DNA from: Callorhinchus milii
Lineage: Eukaryota
Assembly: GCF_018977255.1 (NCBI RefSeq)
Contig: NW_024704743.1
Span: forward strand, 35,962,001 to 36,026,000
Reading direction: 5' to 3'
Length of the DNA stretch: 64,000 nt
Part shown: piece after piece, positions 1 to 13,103 of the stretch
Layout: each line of letters begins with the position of its first letter
Numbering within the stretch: position 1 is the stretch's first letter
Translations under genes and position numbers: made by a program
Notes under the pieces: generated by a model
Seen by the model: the letters and a program-made list of their open reading frames with translations, nothing else
What the model was told of the DNA's origin: nothing
Database searches by the model: none

Positions 1-54
1 CATAAAAAAGGCTGAAAAGTTTTATATTCATCTTAAAAATTAATAGTATCCCAA

Positions 55-207
55 TGATATTGTTAGACACTGCTGTGCACAATTGGCTTCCGTGTTTCGC
101 CCACAAAAGATAGTCAATTCACTTTGCAGTATACTCTGTGAAGTGCTTTGAGATGTCTCGAAGATGTGATAAGGCGCTATATCAAATGTAAGGATTATTA
201 TTATTAT
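55..207 (+). mobile_element. 3' part of young tRNA/Deu SINE in the last ACAD11 intron
   Basis: ttggcttccgtgtttcgcccacaaa...gtgataaggcgctatatcaaatgtaaggattattatta matches the other SINE copies in the window. Confidence 0.85.
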
Positions 208-239
208 AAGTGGGCTAAACAAGTGCCATTCTCTTTCAG

Positions 240-354
240 GTATAGTCTGGTGCGTACTTTACGTATAGCCGACGGTCCAGATGAGGTCCATCTCTCTGCA
301 GTGGCTAAACTGGAGCTGAGAGAGCAGTTGAAAAGCCTGGTAGGAAAGCTGTAA
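240..354 (+). CDS. ACAD11: Terminal coding exon of acyl-CoA dehydrogenase family member 11
   Basis: Acceptor ttctctttcag ends at 239. Exon (phase 2) reads YSLVRTLRIADGPDEVHLSAVAKLELREQLKSLVGKL*, stop at 352-354. The ADGPDEVH motif is ACAD10/11-type; the HLSA...ELR..Q..L..KL tail matches ACAD11. Upstream exons lie outside the window. Confidence 0.9.
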
Positions 355-588
355 AGGATACCTCTTGATGCAGATCGTGACTGAGGGGCCTTCCTGAAGA
401 GCAGTGGCTGAGTTACCAAGCCCTGCGTTGGTGTTTGCCAGTTCCACTCAGCCTGTGAATAGTTTAAGCACCAATAACTGGGGACATCAGACAACACAGG
501 TTGAGTCACTGCATTGTTAATACTTTGCTATAGGAGCATTGCAGAGGTTGTTGGATTTCATCTCCCCCATAATACTGCAAGTTGGAAT

Positions 589-600
589 AATAAAAATAAA
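589..600 (+). terminator. Tandem AATAAA polyadenylation signals, probable ACAD11 3' end
   Basis: AATAAA at 589-594 and 595-600, about 235 nt after the stop codon. Confidence 0.6.
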
Positions 601-849
601 TTCAACCACCAATTCACATTTATATAGTACTTTTTACATTGGAAGGACATTACTACAAAAAAGGAAATTAATTTATTGCTTCTTGTTCGGAGTTGATGAG
701 TAAGGGAACAATTGTGCTGGAGTAAACAAACTTCAGGCAAGCTATAACTCAATAATCAACAGATGCACAATGCAATTCAATGTTAATATAAAGAAAACAC
801 TGACAATGGAAATTACATACCCTTTCGTATTCACACCTTTTGTTTTTGC

Positions 850-1130
850 TTATCATCAGGTCTTCTGCATATCCCTTGTTCCCTCTGCTCCACAATTGGT
901 GTCTGTGCTTTCAGCCACTATCCCCCAGATATCTGGAACTCCTTGCCTCAATCCCTCTGTCTTGTTCCTCTTTGCCCATTTTCAAATCATGCTTGAAGAC
1001 TTTTCCTTTTGACCGTGCCTTCGGTCACCTCCTTTCTCTTTCCAGCTTAGTGTCAAACCACACTGCTGTTAAGTGCTCTGAGACGCTATCCATGTGAAGA
1101 GTGCTATATAAGTGCAAGTTGTTGTTGTTC
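850..1130 (+). mobile_element. L2 LINE 3' fragment
   Basis: Degenerate WNSLP..FKS.LKT..FDRAF coding, 3' hairpin, (TTG)n tail. Confidence 0.75.
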
Positions 1131-3062
1131 AACTCATCAGATTCAGAACTAACTGATGAAGTTCAGACTTGTTTACATGATTTCTTGACTGAATTGCAAC
1201 TTCTTATGACTCAAGAACCGGACTACCGAGAAGACTTGTTTCTGACATTCTGACATCTATTGTGAACATCACCTTGGAACCAATCCAGCTCCAAGAACAT
1301 CTAGCCCCCATTCCCTCCTCCTTCTCCACCCCAGGAGAATAGTCACTATCTGCATTCATGAGCACGGTACTGAAATGACTGGATATTGCCAGTGATGCTT
1401 TATCAAGCTTTCGGTAATTGCCTTTTAAAATTGAATAGGAATATAGGAATTATTATCTGACGATCAGTAAATTTGCCAACCTTGGCAGTGTAAGCTAGTA
1501 ATGGTAAAATCTGAACATTTGCTGACCTTCAAAAAAAATCATCTCTGATAAATCACTTTATGATTTGCCTTTCTTTGCAAACTGAAAACCCAGTTTTTTA
1601 CAGTGATCGTGCATAGACTCAATTTGTTTGCAGATTTGTCAACGGAAATGGGTAAGTCTTATTTACAATTAACAGAGCAAATTGTGGCCTTTTGAAGAAT
1701 TTAAATGACATTGATAATTTTAAATGACATCAACTGCACGCACATAATGTAAACCAATATCTTATAATGAATTTACTATCTTATAATGAATGTACTATGG
1801 GCTGAATGGCTTTCTTCTGTGTTGTAAATTTCTATGATAGTTTAATTCAGCTGTTGTAAAGGTCTTGCAGAATTGAACCTTCTTAGCCTGCATTCGACGG
1901 TAACACTTTATTGATTCACTGGATCCAAATAAAATCAATCTCTGCTTCCAAGCTTGTCATTATTTTTTCATATTGCCTAGGATTTTATGACCGATCGACC
2001 CCAGCCTGGCACATTGTTCAGCAGGCTTTTATAAAGCAATGTGTTTTTTGGAGAGGCCCCACAGCTACTCCCACGATCTTCAGTTCCAGCTGGATGTGGG
2101 AAGGCCAGCATGGAGTCCTACATTACACATCCCAATGTGTAGAAGAGACGAGCATGTTTTCTATAATTGCATTCAGGTGCAAATCTGGTACATTTTGAAG
2201 CTTTCAGCATTTGTGCATTCTGCCCACTTATAAGCAACCCACGAGAAAAAGTGGTTCACGTACCAAAGGGAGTCAGCGGGTTTTCTTCTCCTTTATGAGT
2301 GAGGCTGGGATTTTGGTCACTATCACATTCAAATGAAAGGAGCACATATTGTACATCATTATTCACAACCTTGTGAAGATGTAATTCCATACAAATACTT
2401 ATTGAACCAGTTGAACTGTTTATATTTTAAATCCTATGTACACACATGGAAAAAATCCATTACATGAATCACACAGTTTGATGATTCACACCACAGTAAA
2501 GTGGAACAGGTCACGTCACTAAGTGGAGATGGAAATAGAGCAGTGCATGGAAATCTCGGATTATGATGAGCTGATTGTTTTAACGAATGACCTGGATTCC
2601 CAACAAAGCTGAACACCTGTATCTAACTGTAGGAAGCGTGTGTTTGCTGCTGGTGTTAATGATTGCAATTGGAATAATTGTTAATCTTTCTCAGCTTTGA
2701 ATTGGTTTCTTGATCAATTGTGGCACTGTCCATATCTACAATGGTTACATTGTTTAAATGGTCAGACACTTTGCTGGATCGGTGGACTTTACCTGCTGAT
2801 GAACAGCTGCTGTGGTTAGTGAGTTATGGACAGATGTTTTGTCTCAGAGTTTGGTGCCTATTGGCAATGAGATGCCGGCAGTGGTGAGTCATGATATAGA
2901 GAAGATATACGAGAAAACAACACAGAAAGTGCCCTGAATGATGGGATTGATTACTATGGCAAGTTGCCTACAAGGCAGGTTACTGTAATTTTCACTTTGA
3001 TTCTCTCCATCCCCCTCCCTTCCTCGCTCCCTCCCTCTCATTTCCTGGGAGGAGGGAAAGAG

Positions 3063-3420
3063 GGAGTGGAGCATATTGGTTAGAACACTCACCACGCAAG
3101 TTCGATTCCCGGGAAGGGCGAAATGTTGTGCAAGGTTCCTTACTCCACACCCCTCTGTTTACCTAACAAAAAGTAGGAACCTGGTTGTCAGTCGATTGCC
3201 AGATCGCTTTCTGCGGGGGTGATAATCCTTTTTAAAAAAATAGTAATAATTTGCTCACTTAATCCATGACTGTTTGTGGGACACTGGTGCACAACTGGTT
3301 TCCATGTTTCACCCACAAATACACAGTCAGTTAACTTTACTGTATATTCTGTGAAGCACTTTGAGACGTCTCAACGACGTGATAAGTCACTATATCAAAT
3401 TGCAAGGATTATTATTATTA
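3063..3420 (+). mobile_element. Young tRNA-headed SINE, long form
   Basis: B-box gttcgattcc, central ctctgtttacct..aagtaggaacc block, Deu-like block, (TTA)n tail. Confidence 0.85.
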
Positions 3421-4074
3421 ATTGACTATCCATCTCACTTGCAGGGCATTCCTGGTGAACTGCTGTGCTGGCCCACATAAGAAACCGTTAAACTACAAAA
3501 TTAACTTAAGTGTGTGAAATACATCAAGATGTGATGAGACACTTTATCTAATGCAAGTATTTTGAGCATTATTTGTATTTCACAGATCCTTTCCATGGAC
3601 CCGAAATGTGCTAGATAAGCTGCAGTTTGCTGGAATGTTTTAAAATCAATGATTTTGGATTGCAAACTATTCTCAAAAGAAACTGCTGCACAGTGATTTA
3701 TTCTGTTAGATGCTCTACTTTAGAAACCTGCCATTGCCATGAGATACCACAGAAACATCTGAAAGGACAGGCTGTGCAATCAAACTCATACATATATACA
3801 TATTAGGGCCATTGGATCAAAGCAAAAGAACATTTAGTTTTTGGTTTCTAAGGTTCTGAAAAATCCGCTCAGCAGAGCACCAGAGGGAGGCTGGCCTGCT
3901 TGAATAGATACAGTTTTAAAAAGTTATTGAGAAAAGGTCTAAGGTTGTGCAGAAGTTTTGTAAACTACTGGATTTCAAAAGATATCATCCTAGGAAATTA
4001 AAAAGAAATCTCTGCCTGTATACTTCTCACCACAGGACCGCTACGATGAATAATGATCCTTACAATTATTATAT

Positions 4075-4730
4075 CACTTGCAACATCAAAACCTTTCAAA
4101 ATGCTTCACAGGTTAATTGCTGTCAAGCATAGCACTGTGTAAGCAAACACAGCAGCCAATTTACACACAGAAATGTCCCCAAAACAGCCATGAATTGAAT
4201 GACCGATTAATCTGAAAGATTAGCGGCCAGGACACGGGGAGAAAATTTCCATCTCTTTGAATATTGCCATGGAATTTTTAAAGTCTATCTGGACAATGAG
4301 GACCAGGACCTCAGTTTAACTTCTCACCTGAAGACAGCACCTCTGACAATGCAGCTCATCCCGGTATGGCTTTGTTAGCCTAGAGTATGAACTCACTGGG
4401 CTTGAACCCACACCTTCCAGAGGTGACAGTGCCACCAACTGAACCAGACAGACATACATTACCTACACGTTTTAACAACAAAATAATTTTAGCATGTGAT
4501 GCAGAGTCTTTCACTTCGGAAGGATATCTCAAAGCCTTCACAGAATGTATTGTAAAAGTGTAGTGACTGTGTATTTTGCAGGGAAACTCAGCAACCAAAT
4601 TGTGCACAACAATGTCCCATAAACAGCCATGAAGTGAGTGACCAATTTTAATGGGGGAATTGTTGGTCAGAACACCCGGACTGGGATTTCGCTTTTCGAA
4701 CAGTGTCATGGGATGTTTTAACACCAGTAT
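4075..4730 (-). mobile_element. Two adjacent SacSINE1-like Deu SINE copies
   Basis: Reverse-strand tRNA-like head near 4400-4445; Deu core (ggacctcagtttaac..ctca, tgccatgg/tgtcatggga); L2-like tails. Confidence 0.65.
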
Positions 4731-4914
4731 GAAATCTGCAGAATCCTCCTTATTGTTCAAACAGTGTCAGACTCTTATATCATGTTGACAAATCTCTGAA
4801 TAAGATTCTGGGTTTCAGTATATATTCAGATAGCTGCCACATCCAAAGACAGGTTTCGGTTTATAGTATGTAGCTAGTTTCTATATCATTAATCTCCCCT
4901 TGTTCACTGGCACT

Positions 4915-5232
4915 AATCCCACCCCCTCCACACCTCAGGCACTGACAGCATCACCATCCATGGATGCACACTCCACGTTACTAAGCCAGTACGGAACCTT
5001 GGAGTCTTGTTTGATCTTTGACTTTCCTTTCTCCCCCACATCTGTGCCATGACCCGCTCTGCCTTCCCCCACCTCCGCAACATCGCCTGACTCCCCGCCA
5101 CTGCCTCACCCTGCCCTCCACTCCTCCTGATCCCAACCCCCTGCTTGGGTCCAAATCCCTGATTGCCCAGTACCTTGGGATGTCCTCTCGACGTGAAATA
5201 CGCTATACAAATATAATTGTTTGTTGTTGTTC
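4915..5232 (+). mobile_element. L2 LINE fragment (subfamily A), internally deleted
   Basis: ITIHGCTLHVTKPVRNLGVLFD joined to a 3' hairpin and (TTG)n tail. Confidence 0.8.
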
Positions 5233-5548
5233 TAAGAATGTCTAATTCTTTATTTTCATATTGTACTTTTTGGTTTTTCCTTTATTTTTTAAATATATTT
5301 TTGAATTTTCTGAGCCTGGTCAGTTTTCCTTTTTGAATTCATGATGAATTTTGTGGTGTTTGTAATTATTATTATTACAGCTGTTACATTAAAACATTTG
5401 TGCAGGTTTATGACGTGAATTCCCATCCTCCCGAATGTGTTTGGCTGCCTTTAACTAATTTTTTGGAAGGCCTGTAACCTTGAAGTTCAAACAGAAGACA
5501 TTGGCAGGAATGATGCACCGATGGAGAAAGTGGATAGAATGCTAAGCT

Positions 5549-5970
5549 AATAATAATAATAATCCTTGCTTTTAAACAGCGCCTTATTATGTCGCCGAGA
5601 CGTCTCAAAGCATTTCACAGGATATACTGTAAAGAGATTGACTACGTATACTTGTGGGCAAAATACAGCAGCCAATTTATGCACAGCAATGTCCCACAAA
5701 CAGTCATGGAGTAAGCGAATTGTTGGCCATGGCACAATTTGAAAAGAGAAGGTAGTTTCTCCCAGTATCCTGGCCAATAATCACCCAAATAAAATTGGTT
5801 ATTCACTCCATGGCTGGTTGTTGGACATTGCTGTGCACAACTGTGCTGCTGAGTTTGCCTACAAATACACACTCACTCCATTTCACAGTAAATCATTTGA
5901 AGAGCCTTGAGACATACTTCTGATGCGATAGGATGCTATACCAAATGCGAGGATTATTATTATTATTATT
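5549..5970. mobile_element. Oppositely oriented SINE 3' halves (- then +)
   Basis: taataataatcc..gc tail on - at 5549-5715; Deu core and (TTA)n tail on + at about 5720-5970. Confidence 0.7.
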
Positions 5971-6633
5971 ACATGGGGACTGGGGACTGCCTCAATGAGC
6001 AATAGCAATAGAACAGATGCTGCTATAGTAGCAAATCTCAATCCAAAAATAACATCAGCCAACACTTGTGTAGCTAAGGACCAGTAGAATTAAAAAGCTA
6101 CCATCTTATGATAAATTACATTTTGGAGGGTTGCTTGATTTTCAGAAATTGCACACCTCATTAAAATATTTTTTTCCAATTGAAAACATTGTACAATGTT
6201 ATAAATGCAATGTGTCACGGATAAGAGCGAATAAATAAAAACCTTCAGTCGTGGGACAGCTTGTCAACCATCTAACACATCCCACTTGTTGGCTATCAAG
6301 TGCTGTATTTTCTATTTATCATTTTCAATGTCTGTCAAATTCATAGGTAAAGAACTCCAACAGAAAAAAAATGGGAGCACAGAATTATTTATAGAGTGAG
6401 ATAGTAACCTATGCCACATGCCTGTTGGGGGTATCTGTTCAGTGCTGAACAACAGACTTGGTTTACTAAAACATTAGAATTTCTGGTTCAATAAAATACT
6501 GGATTCCGGTTCAATAATTCCCCATTGCTGAATCTGTACACAACCTTGGCTTTCTGTTTGACCCTCAACTCTCCTTTTTCCCCAACCACAACTGCTTTTC
6601 TTCACTTTCACCACATCGTCCACTTTCATCCCA

Positions 6634-6916
6634 GGAGTTCTGTAGCTCAGTGGTTAGAGCACTTGCCTCGTAAGCAAGAAACTTGGGTTCGATTCCCGTC
6701 AGGACGAAACCTGGTGCAAGTTTCCTCACTCCACACGCTTTATAATAATCCCTCAAGAAAAAAAAAGAAGAAATTGGTCACTTCAATCCACGACTGTTTG
6801 TGGGACACTGTTGTGCACAAATGGCTGTCATGTTTCGCCCACAAATATACAGTCAATTCACTTTACAGTATATTCTTTGAAGCGCTTTGAGACGTCTATA
6901 TCAAATGCAAGGATTT
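6634..6916 (+). mobile_element. Young tRNA-headed SINE, short form
   Basis: A-box tagctcagtgg, B-box gttcgattcc, Deu-like block, tail tatcaaatgcaagga. Confidence 0.9.
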
Positions 6917-8357
6917 TTTAAATACTATCGAAAATATCTCGCTGCAACATGAAGTGTGACGGGGTAACTTTTTCCTGCTCCATTATTCTCAAGATTTCCA
7001 TCTTTCCTTTGAAATGTAGATAAGATCTCTCCAGCTGTGCCTTTCAAGAGTCTGTCACTATCATTGCTAAATCACGGTTTCTCAGAACCTGTTGGCATTT
7101 CTCTCCTATTCTTGAACAGTTTATCAGTTTAAAGCTATGGATTTGACAATATTTAAAAATATGTACGTTCAAAAAAAATTCAATAGCATTTTTTAGACAC
7201 AAAATAATGTTCCCTTTTTATTTAAAGGATCATTTACCCACAATATTTGTTCATGTATTTCTCCTTCATTGGTTTGCTGGGGGTTTTTGACTTGCTTGTC
7301 TCCTAAAATCCAGTTCAATCCCACTTCCTTTGCTCTCACAGTGGATATCTTTGAGACATGGCACTCATTTTATGAACACTGACAACTTCACCTTGATGAA
7401 CACACAAAATGTATAGGATTGCATATGGAATGCAACTTCTATTTAGCTAAAAAATACTTCAGTAAAACTGTTTTGATGTTTCTTATTCGACACAAAAATA
7501 CTGTAGCACTTCACTGTGTGAACAGCATTCAATTCTACCACATGCTCTGTTCTGTTAATCTATCCTCCATCCAGCAGGTATTGGAAGCTATAGATATGCA
7601 ATACTTGTGTCATCATTAACTGGTGTGAGTTTGCCTGCTTTGAGTGTGAAGTCTACATCTCAGGGTCATTTTGCCTGGTGACTGACTGCCAAAAGTTTGT
7701 CAATCCACAACTTCTGTGCTCCTTAAAATTGTCCATCCGGAAATGCATGCAGACTCTTCAACCCTGCCATTAGAGCTTGTGAGCAAATGCGGATATCTTT
7801 ACCTTGATTATTCTCCTGAACATCTCAATCATCACAGCACCACTCTTGAGTAATCTAAATATTGGAGAGCAAGCAACCCTTCAAAGTACCATAAAAATCT
7901 GATGATATTAAAATGGGACCACATTTGCAGTTCATTGTGTTAATTAATGTTGGAACTAGTTTAAGGAATATCTACAAATGTATTAGATCCCTTAATCATC
8001 GTCTCCAGGGTATTCTGTCAGTAGTGGAGTTCCCTGCACTCAAATTCTATTTGAAGTTACTATCACGCTCCTCAGCTAAGCAGGAAAAATGACACTAATT
8101 AAGGAACTGGAAAAGAATTGTGGGATTCCTCAAAGTATTCCTTGCCCTAATTAAGCCAAAGAATTCCTGAAGATTTACTGCAAAGAATGCGGCAACATTT
8201 CTAAAAGCTTTGACCCCTTTCCTTGTCAATTGCCTTCAGTTTCTGACCTCTCTAGGAATGAGCTTTGTATTAAGCATTTTAAAAATTGTACAGGTTGAAA
8301 AGAATCCCTTCTGGCCACAGAAATTAGTTTGGAGAGCACAAATTGAATCATAAAATA

Positions 8358-8746
8358 CATGCAACGTTTCATACAGTCAGTCTGGCTGGGGTATGTGCAA
8401 GTGCTAAGATACAGGTCTTTAAATCTGTAGCCAAAGAACAGAAATGATAAAACAGAACACAGCAATAAACAAGTTACAAGAATCCCAGGCATACATAATA
8501 CTGTATACACACACATATATATATTATATATAACATATAACTGGGATGTATAAACCCTTATACATATATTAAAATCACAGACTGTTAATCACAAAGGCTG
8601 AATTAAAATGCAAGCGAGATGGTGCGTAGGTGACAAAAACACCAAACAGCAAGTCATCTTACAAGATGGCTCTAACACCAGAGATATACATGCATCTTAG
8701 CACTTGCACACACCCCAGCCAGACTGACTGTATGAAACATTGCACG
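8358..8746. mobile_element. MITE with 56-bp TIRs and TA TSD (Tc1/mariner-type)
   Basis: 8358-8413 and 8691-8746 are reverse complements (52/56, all transitions); TA at 8356-57 and 8747-48. Confidence 0.8.
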
Positions 8747-9069
8747 TACGCAGCGAGGGAACAGAGGGTGTTAGTTATAATTAAAATGAGAAATGAGCGG
8801 AGGCACCATACTGGGGCTCCTCTGTGGCTGGCAAACCTTTGATGTTACGCATGAGAATGATCTTTAAGAATGTGTGCAAGAAAAGGCAAGTCATAGACAA
8901 ACTATAAACTCTACACAGGATTTATATTTTACCACATGGTAAAATTGATCATTCACTTCTTGGTAGTTTATGGGACAGCCTTGTGTGTAAATTGGCTGTT
9001 GCATTTCCCTTACAAAATACGCAGTCACTGCACTTTACAATAAATCCTGTGAAGTGCTTTAACATCAAG

Positions 9070-9832
9070 CCTTTCTCCAGTTGAATATCAAAAAGATAGA
9101 GGATCTCCTGATTTGCCCCCAGGCCCACCATACCTCGGGCACTGGCAGCATCACTCTTCATGGATGCACTCTTCACCTCTTGGTTAACCCTCAACTGTCC
9201 TTTCTACCTCACATCCGTGCAATAACCCGCTCCGCTTTTCCCCACCTCACAACATTGCCAGCCTCTGTCATTGTTTCTCACTGCAGGCCGCCGAAACCCT
9301 CATCCACGCATTCATCACGTCCAGGCTCGACTACGCAAACTGCCTGCTTGTCGGCCTCCCCAACTCCTCTCTTCACAGGCGGCAGATCATCCAGAACTTT
9401 GCAGCCCATTTGTCCTCGCCCGTACCAGGCTCCGCGACCCTTCACCCCATTCTCCACTAGCTTCCCATCACTCAGAAAATACAGTTCAAGATCTTGGTCC
9501 TCACCTTCAAAGCCCCCCACAGCCTCACTTCTCCATACCTCTGTGGCCTCCTAATCCCCTACCTACCTGTCCTCTCCCTCTGCTCAGCGGGCTCTGGCCT
9601 GCTCCACCATCGGCGGTCGAGCCTTCAGCCACTCTGCCCCCACCCTTTAGAACTGCATTTCACAGCCCCTTCGCCTGCTCCCTCTTTTTCCTCCTTCAAG
9701 GCACGTCTCAAGACCCTCCTCTTTGACAGAACCTTCAGCCACCCTCCCACCGCTACCCTCCCTGCTCTCCACCCTCCCTGCTTGGGGGCAGATCCTTGAC
9801 TCCCCAGCACCTTGTAATTTGTTGTTGTTGTT
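9070..9832 (+). mobile_element. L2 LINE 3' fragment (subfamily A)
   Basis: Frameshifted ORF2 C-terminus (ETLIHAFITSRLDYAN..FKILVLTFKA..LKTLLFDR); (TTG)n tail. Confidence 0.9.
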
Positions 9833-9855
9833 GATGACATGTCCTCCGAAAATGA

Positions 9856-10135
9856 AATAATAATATAATAATAATCCTTGCATTTGATATAACACCTTAA
9901 TCAGGTCTTTGAGACGTCTCAAAGTGTTTCATAGGATATACTGTAAAGTGGTTTAACTGTATATTTTGTGAATGAAATGCAGCAGCCAGTTGCATCTTCA
10001 AAGTCCCACAAACAGCCATGGAGTGAGTGACCAATTTTATTTGGGGGATTTGTTGGCCAGGACACAGGAGAAACTCCCTTCTCTTTTCAAATAGTGCCAT
10101 GGGATCTTTAACATCCACCTGAACAGACAGATGGG
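9856..10135 (-). mobile_element. Deu SINE 3' two-thirds
   Basis: Reverse of ggtggatgttaaagatcccatggcactatttgaa (Deu core) plus L2-like tail. Confidence 0.8.
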
Positions 10136-10451
10136 AAATTGCAAAACAGAATCAGTTCAGACCATCTCCCCCATTGCTATTGCTTATGTTACACCACTAG
10201 AGAACTCTGAAATCCCAGGCAATTGCTTTAAGAGATTCTTCTCAGCAGAAAGAGCAGGAACTGGAACTGCACATTAACATTTTGGGAGGATCAAACAATG
10301 AGACACGCACAGCATAGTAATTACATGATTCATGTTAAACATACACTGCAGTAGAGAATAACATCCCAATAAAACAACATGCAGCTCAGTCAGCTTGTAA
10401 CTAACAAACAGAAACTCCTGGTACAAGCAATGACACAAACCACTTATGGTG

Positions 10452-11312
10452 CATCCTAATACCTGCTGTTTCAGGAAATGGCTGTTTACCGTAGATACAT
10501 TTTCGGGACCTTTGAGATGTAACCAAAGAGGGTCCCGAAAATGTATGTACGATAAACATGTGCACGTACGTTCCGAAAGTGGCAAGTGCGTCTTATCAGG
10601 GTGTGTGCGTGCTCGCTCATGGATGTGGTGCACACAGGGGTGATTCCCGACTGTTTTAAAGGGAGTGTCCCAAAAAATGTATGCACAACCTGTGTGCAGT
10701 GAAGAAATATACCATAAACAACGGAATGTTTTTTTTATCGGGAGGAAGGGAAAAATTGTAACAGAAGATGTTGTGTTTGTTTTGGTTTTCTGTTATACTA
10801 AATATTATATTTATAAATAAATATATATTTTGAAAGAAAACTAATGGAAAAACTCTTTGATTCATAAACTCTGGGAGATGATTCAATTCCACGTCATAGT
10901 CTGGGTTTCTTTTGTTTTTAAAAATAATCAAATTTCCTCTCCGCCTCCCCTCCTGCAGACACTAAGTCTTTGTGGAGTACAGTTCCAAAAGTGCTGTTTA
11001 CACAGTCACTACACCTGCATGCCCTCGGCGGTGAACATTGGCAGCAGGCTTGGCCACAGGAGAAAATCAAAGATGGACAATGGTTATATATTCTGCAATG
11101 GTTATATATCCAGATGGGCAATGGTTATATATTCTGCTCCTGTATTTATATTCAACGTATGGTGGGGGTGGGGGACAATAGGAAGCAAAGCATTGGCTGC
11201 AAGAGGCTGTGAGTGGATGAGTGGAAAAGTAGGTATTCTTTCCATAACCCACAACTTGTGAACCTATTTCCAGAAAACACAGCCATTTCCTGAAACAGCA
11301 GGAATTAGGATG
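10452..11312. mobile_element. Non-autonomous DNA transposon with 34-bp TIRs
   Basis: catcctaatacctgctgtttcaggaaatggctgt (10452-10485) vs 11279-11312, 33/34 as reverse complement; internal 28-bp palindrome; no clear TSD. Confidence 0.7.
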
Positions 11313-11799
11313 TCAAAGTCATCCTTGAATTATTTGAAACAATTACAGCTCCTGCTGTCCACATTCCATTTTTCCTTTGAGATCCAGCGAGAGACATCTG
11401 GGGGCTAATTGAAGGTCAATTGCATTTCGTTCTCCACTGGCTGGAACATTTACTATGTTTAACAATCTGAGTTTGTTATGGGATTTCCCATTATAACCTC
11501 GACAATGCCAAGACTAATACATTTATCTCCAGTATCAGGAGTTAGTTTACACTTGCTACAATTTACAGTCAATTTTGCGAAGCACTTTGAGATGCCTTTG
11601 AAGAAAAAATTTCAATTTAATCATAATACGTGTGGAATGCTAGCTTCCAAATTAAGACTGAATTTAAACCCTTTTCACAGTGATTTAAATTTTTTATGAT
11701 GGCCTGGTCATTCAGGCTAAGACTAGGTGGAATTTCATTCTGACATCTTCACAGGAAGCGTTGTAAAGGCCAGGTGCCTGGACTCATTTAAAAAACAGC

Positions 11800-11892
11800 T
11801 TAATACTGTGATGTGAGGGTGGTTTCTGGAGGGATTAGAACAGATGGGCCAAAGAGCCTTCTTCATCCAAACCAATCTTGTGATCTTGTGAC
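11800..11892 (+). mobile_element. CR1 LINE 3' tail
   Basis: gatgggccaaagagccttcttcatc...cttgtgatcttgtga, typical CR1 3' end with octamer repeat. Confidence 0.55.
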
Positions 11893-11932
11893 ATGTATTC
11901 TCTACAATAGTCCTAACCATATAACCATATAG

Positions 11933-12200
11933 AGAAGTCCTGTAGCGTAGTGGTTAGACCACTCGCCTCGCAAGCGAAAGGACCTGGGTTTGATTCCTGA
12001 GCAGGGCAAAACCTTTAGGTAGGTTTCCTTACTCCACACACCTTTGTTGTGGAGTAAATAGGAACCCGGCTGTTAGTCGATTGGCGGATAGCTTTTTGAG
12101 GGTAATATACCCTTAAAAAAAACCTCAATCCACGACTGTTTGTGGATTGTACTGCTGTGTACAATTGGCTGCCATGTTTCAGCCACAAAATATACAGTCA
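11933..12200 (+). mobile_element. Young tRNA-headed SINE, long form, 3'-truncated
   Basis: gtagcgtagtggttagac..ctcgcaagcg..gggtttgattcc head, central block and Deu block. Confidence 0.85.
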
Positions 12201-12829
12201 ACCAACAGCAGCCTGGCTCCATTTCCCTTTCTTAACCGACAGATGTTAAGGCAAGATGTAACCCCCTCTCCTTCGATCGCCACTCTGTTTGACCTCAACT
12301 ACCTCCGCATAGACCGAGGATCATTAGAATTAAGCACAGTGAAAGAGTTGTAATGTTACTCACATACTTTCATTTCACATATCATCTGTTACAGAAAATA
12401 CTGCACTCTGTCAAGCAAAAAATATGGATTTGACAAAAAATTTTATCTTCACATTGCATCATCAGTTTTACATTGAAAACAGATTAATTGGATTTGGAAA
12501 AGTGAGCATTAGCCGAAGGCATCTTTACATTAAATCAAAAATGCAAAGGTGATAAGATTTGCCACTGAAATCAATCTCTTCCAGTCTTGTGGGAAATGAA
12601 GTGTAACAGGAGATTTACTCTTTGATTTAGTGTTGGCTGTTTCCATTTCATTCTAATGCTGGAAGGAGGAGAGCATTTTATCAGTCAAATAAAGTCTCTT
12701 CCTTGCTCCATACAACTAACTCTGAAGGTCTTTCTAAACTCTGGCTCCCCGCTTCTTTTTATTGTTTTGCCCACAAAATACAATCAATTCACTGTACAAT
12801 ATATTCTGTGAAACGCTTTAAGATGTTTC

Positions 12830-13103
12830 AATAATAATCCTTGCATTTGATATAGCGCTTTTCACATCTTCTGGATGTCTCAAAGCGCTTCACAGAATAG
12901 ACTGTAAAGTGAATTGACTGTATAATTGTGCGTGAAACGCGGGAGCCAATTGCGCACAGCAATGTCCCACAAAATGTCGTGGATTGAAGTGACCAATTTT
13001 ATTATTGTTTTTTTTTCTTGAGGGATTATTAACAGGCCTGTGGAGTGAGAAAACTTGCCCAAGGTTTGGCCCTGCCGGGAATCAAACCCAGGTCTCTCGC
13101 CTT
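12830..13103 (-). mobile_element. Young SINE inserted in opposite orientation into another SINE
   Basis: Host + strand tail is split between 12765-12830 and 13104-13160. Confidence 0.8.

Noticed and set aside
148..239. N-terminal half of ORF 148-354 as part of ACAD11
   Set aside because: It is SINE tail and intron upstream of the acceptor at 239.
1700..1840. Short tandem duplications and a CR1-like tail remnant
   Set aside because: Ordinary slippage duplications beside a tiny decayed repeat.
6634..6705. tRNA genes at SINE heads (also 45719, 56868 and others)
   Set aside because: Each runs straight into SINE body and tail with no proper acceptor stem or terminator.
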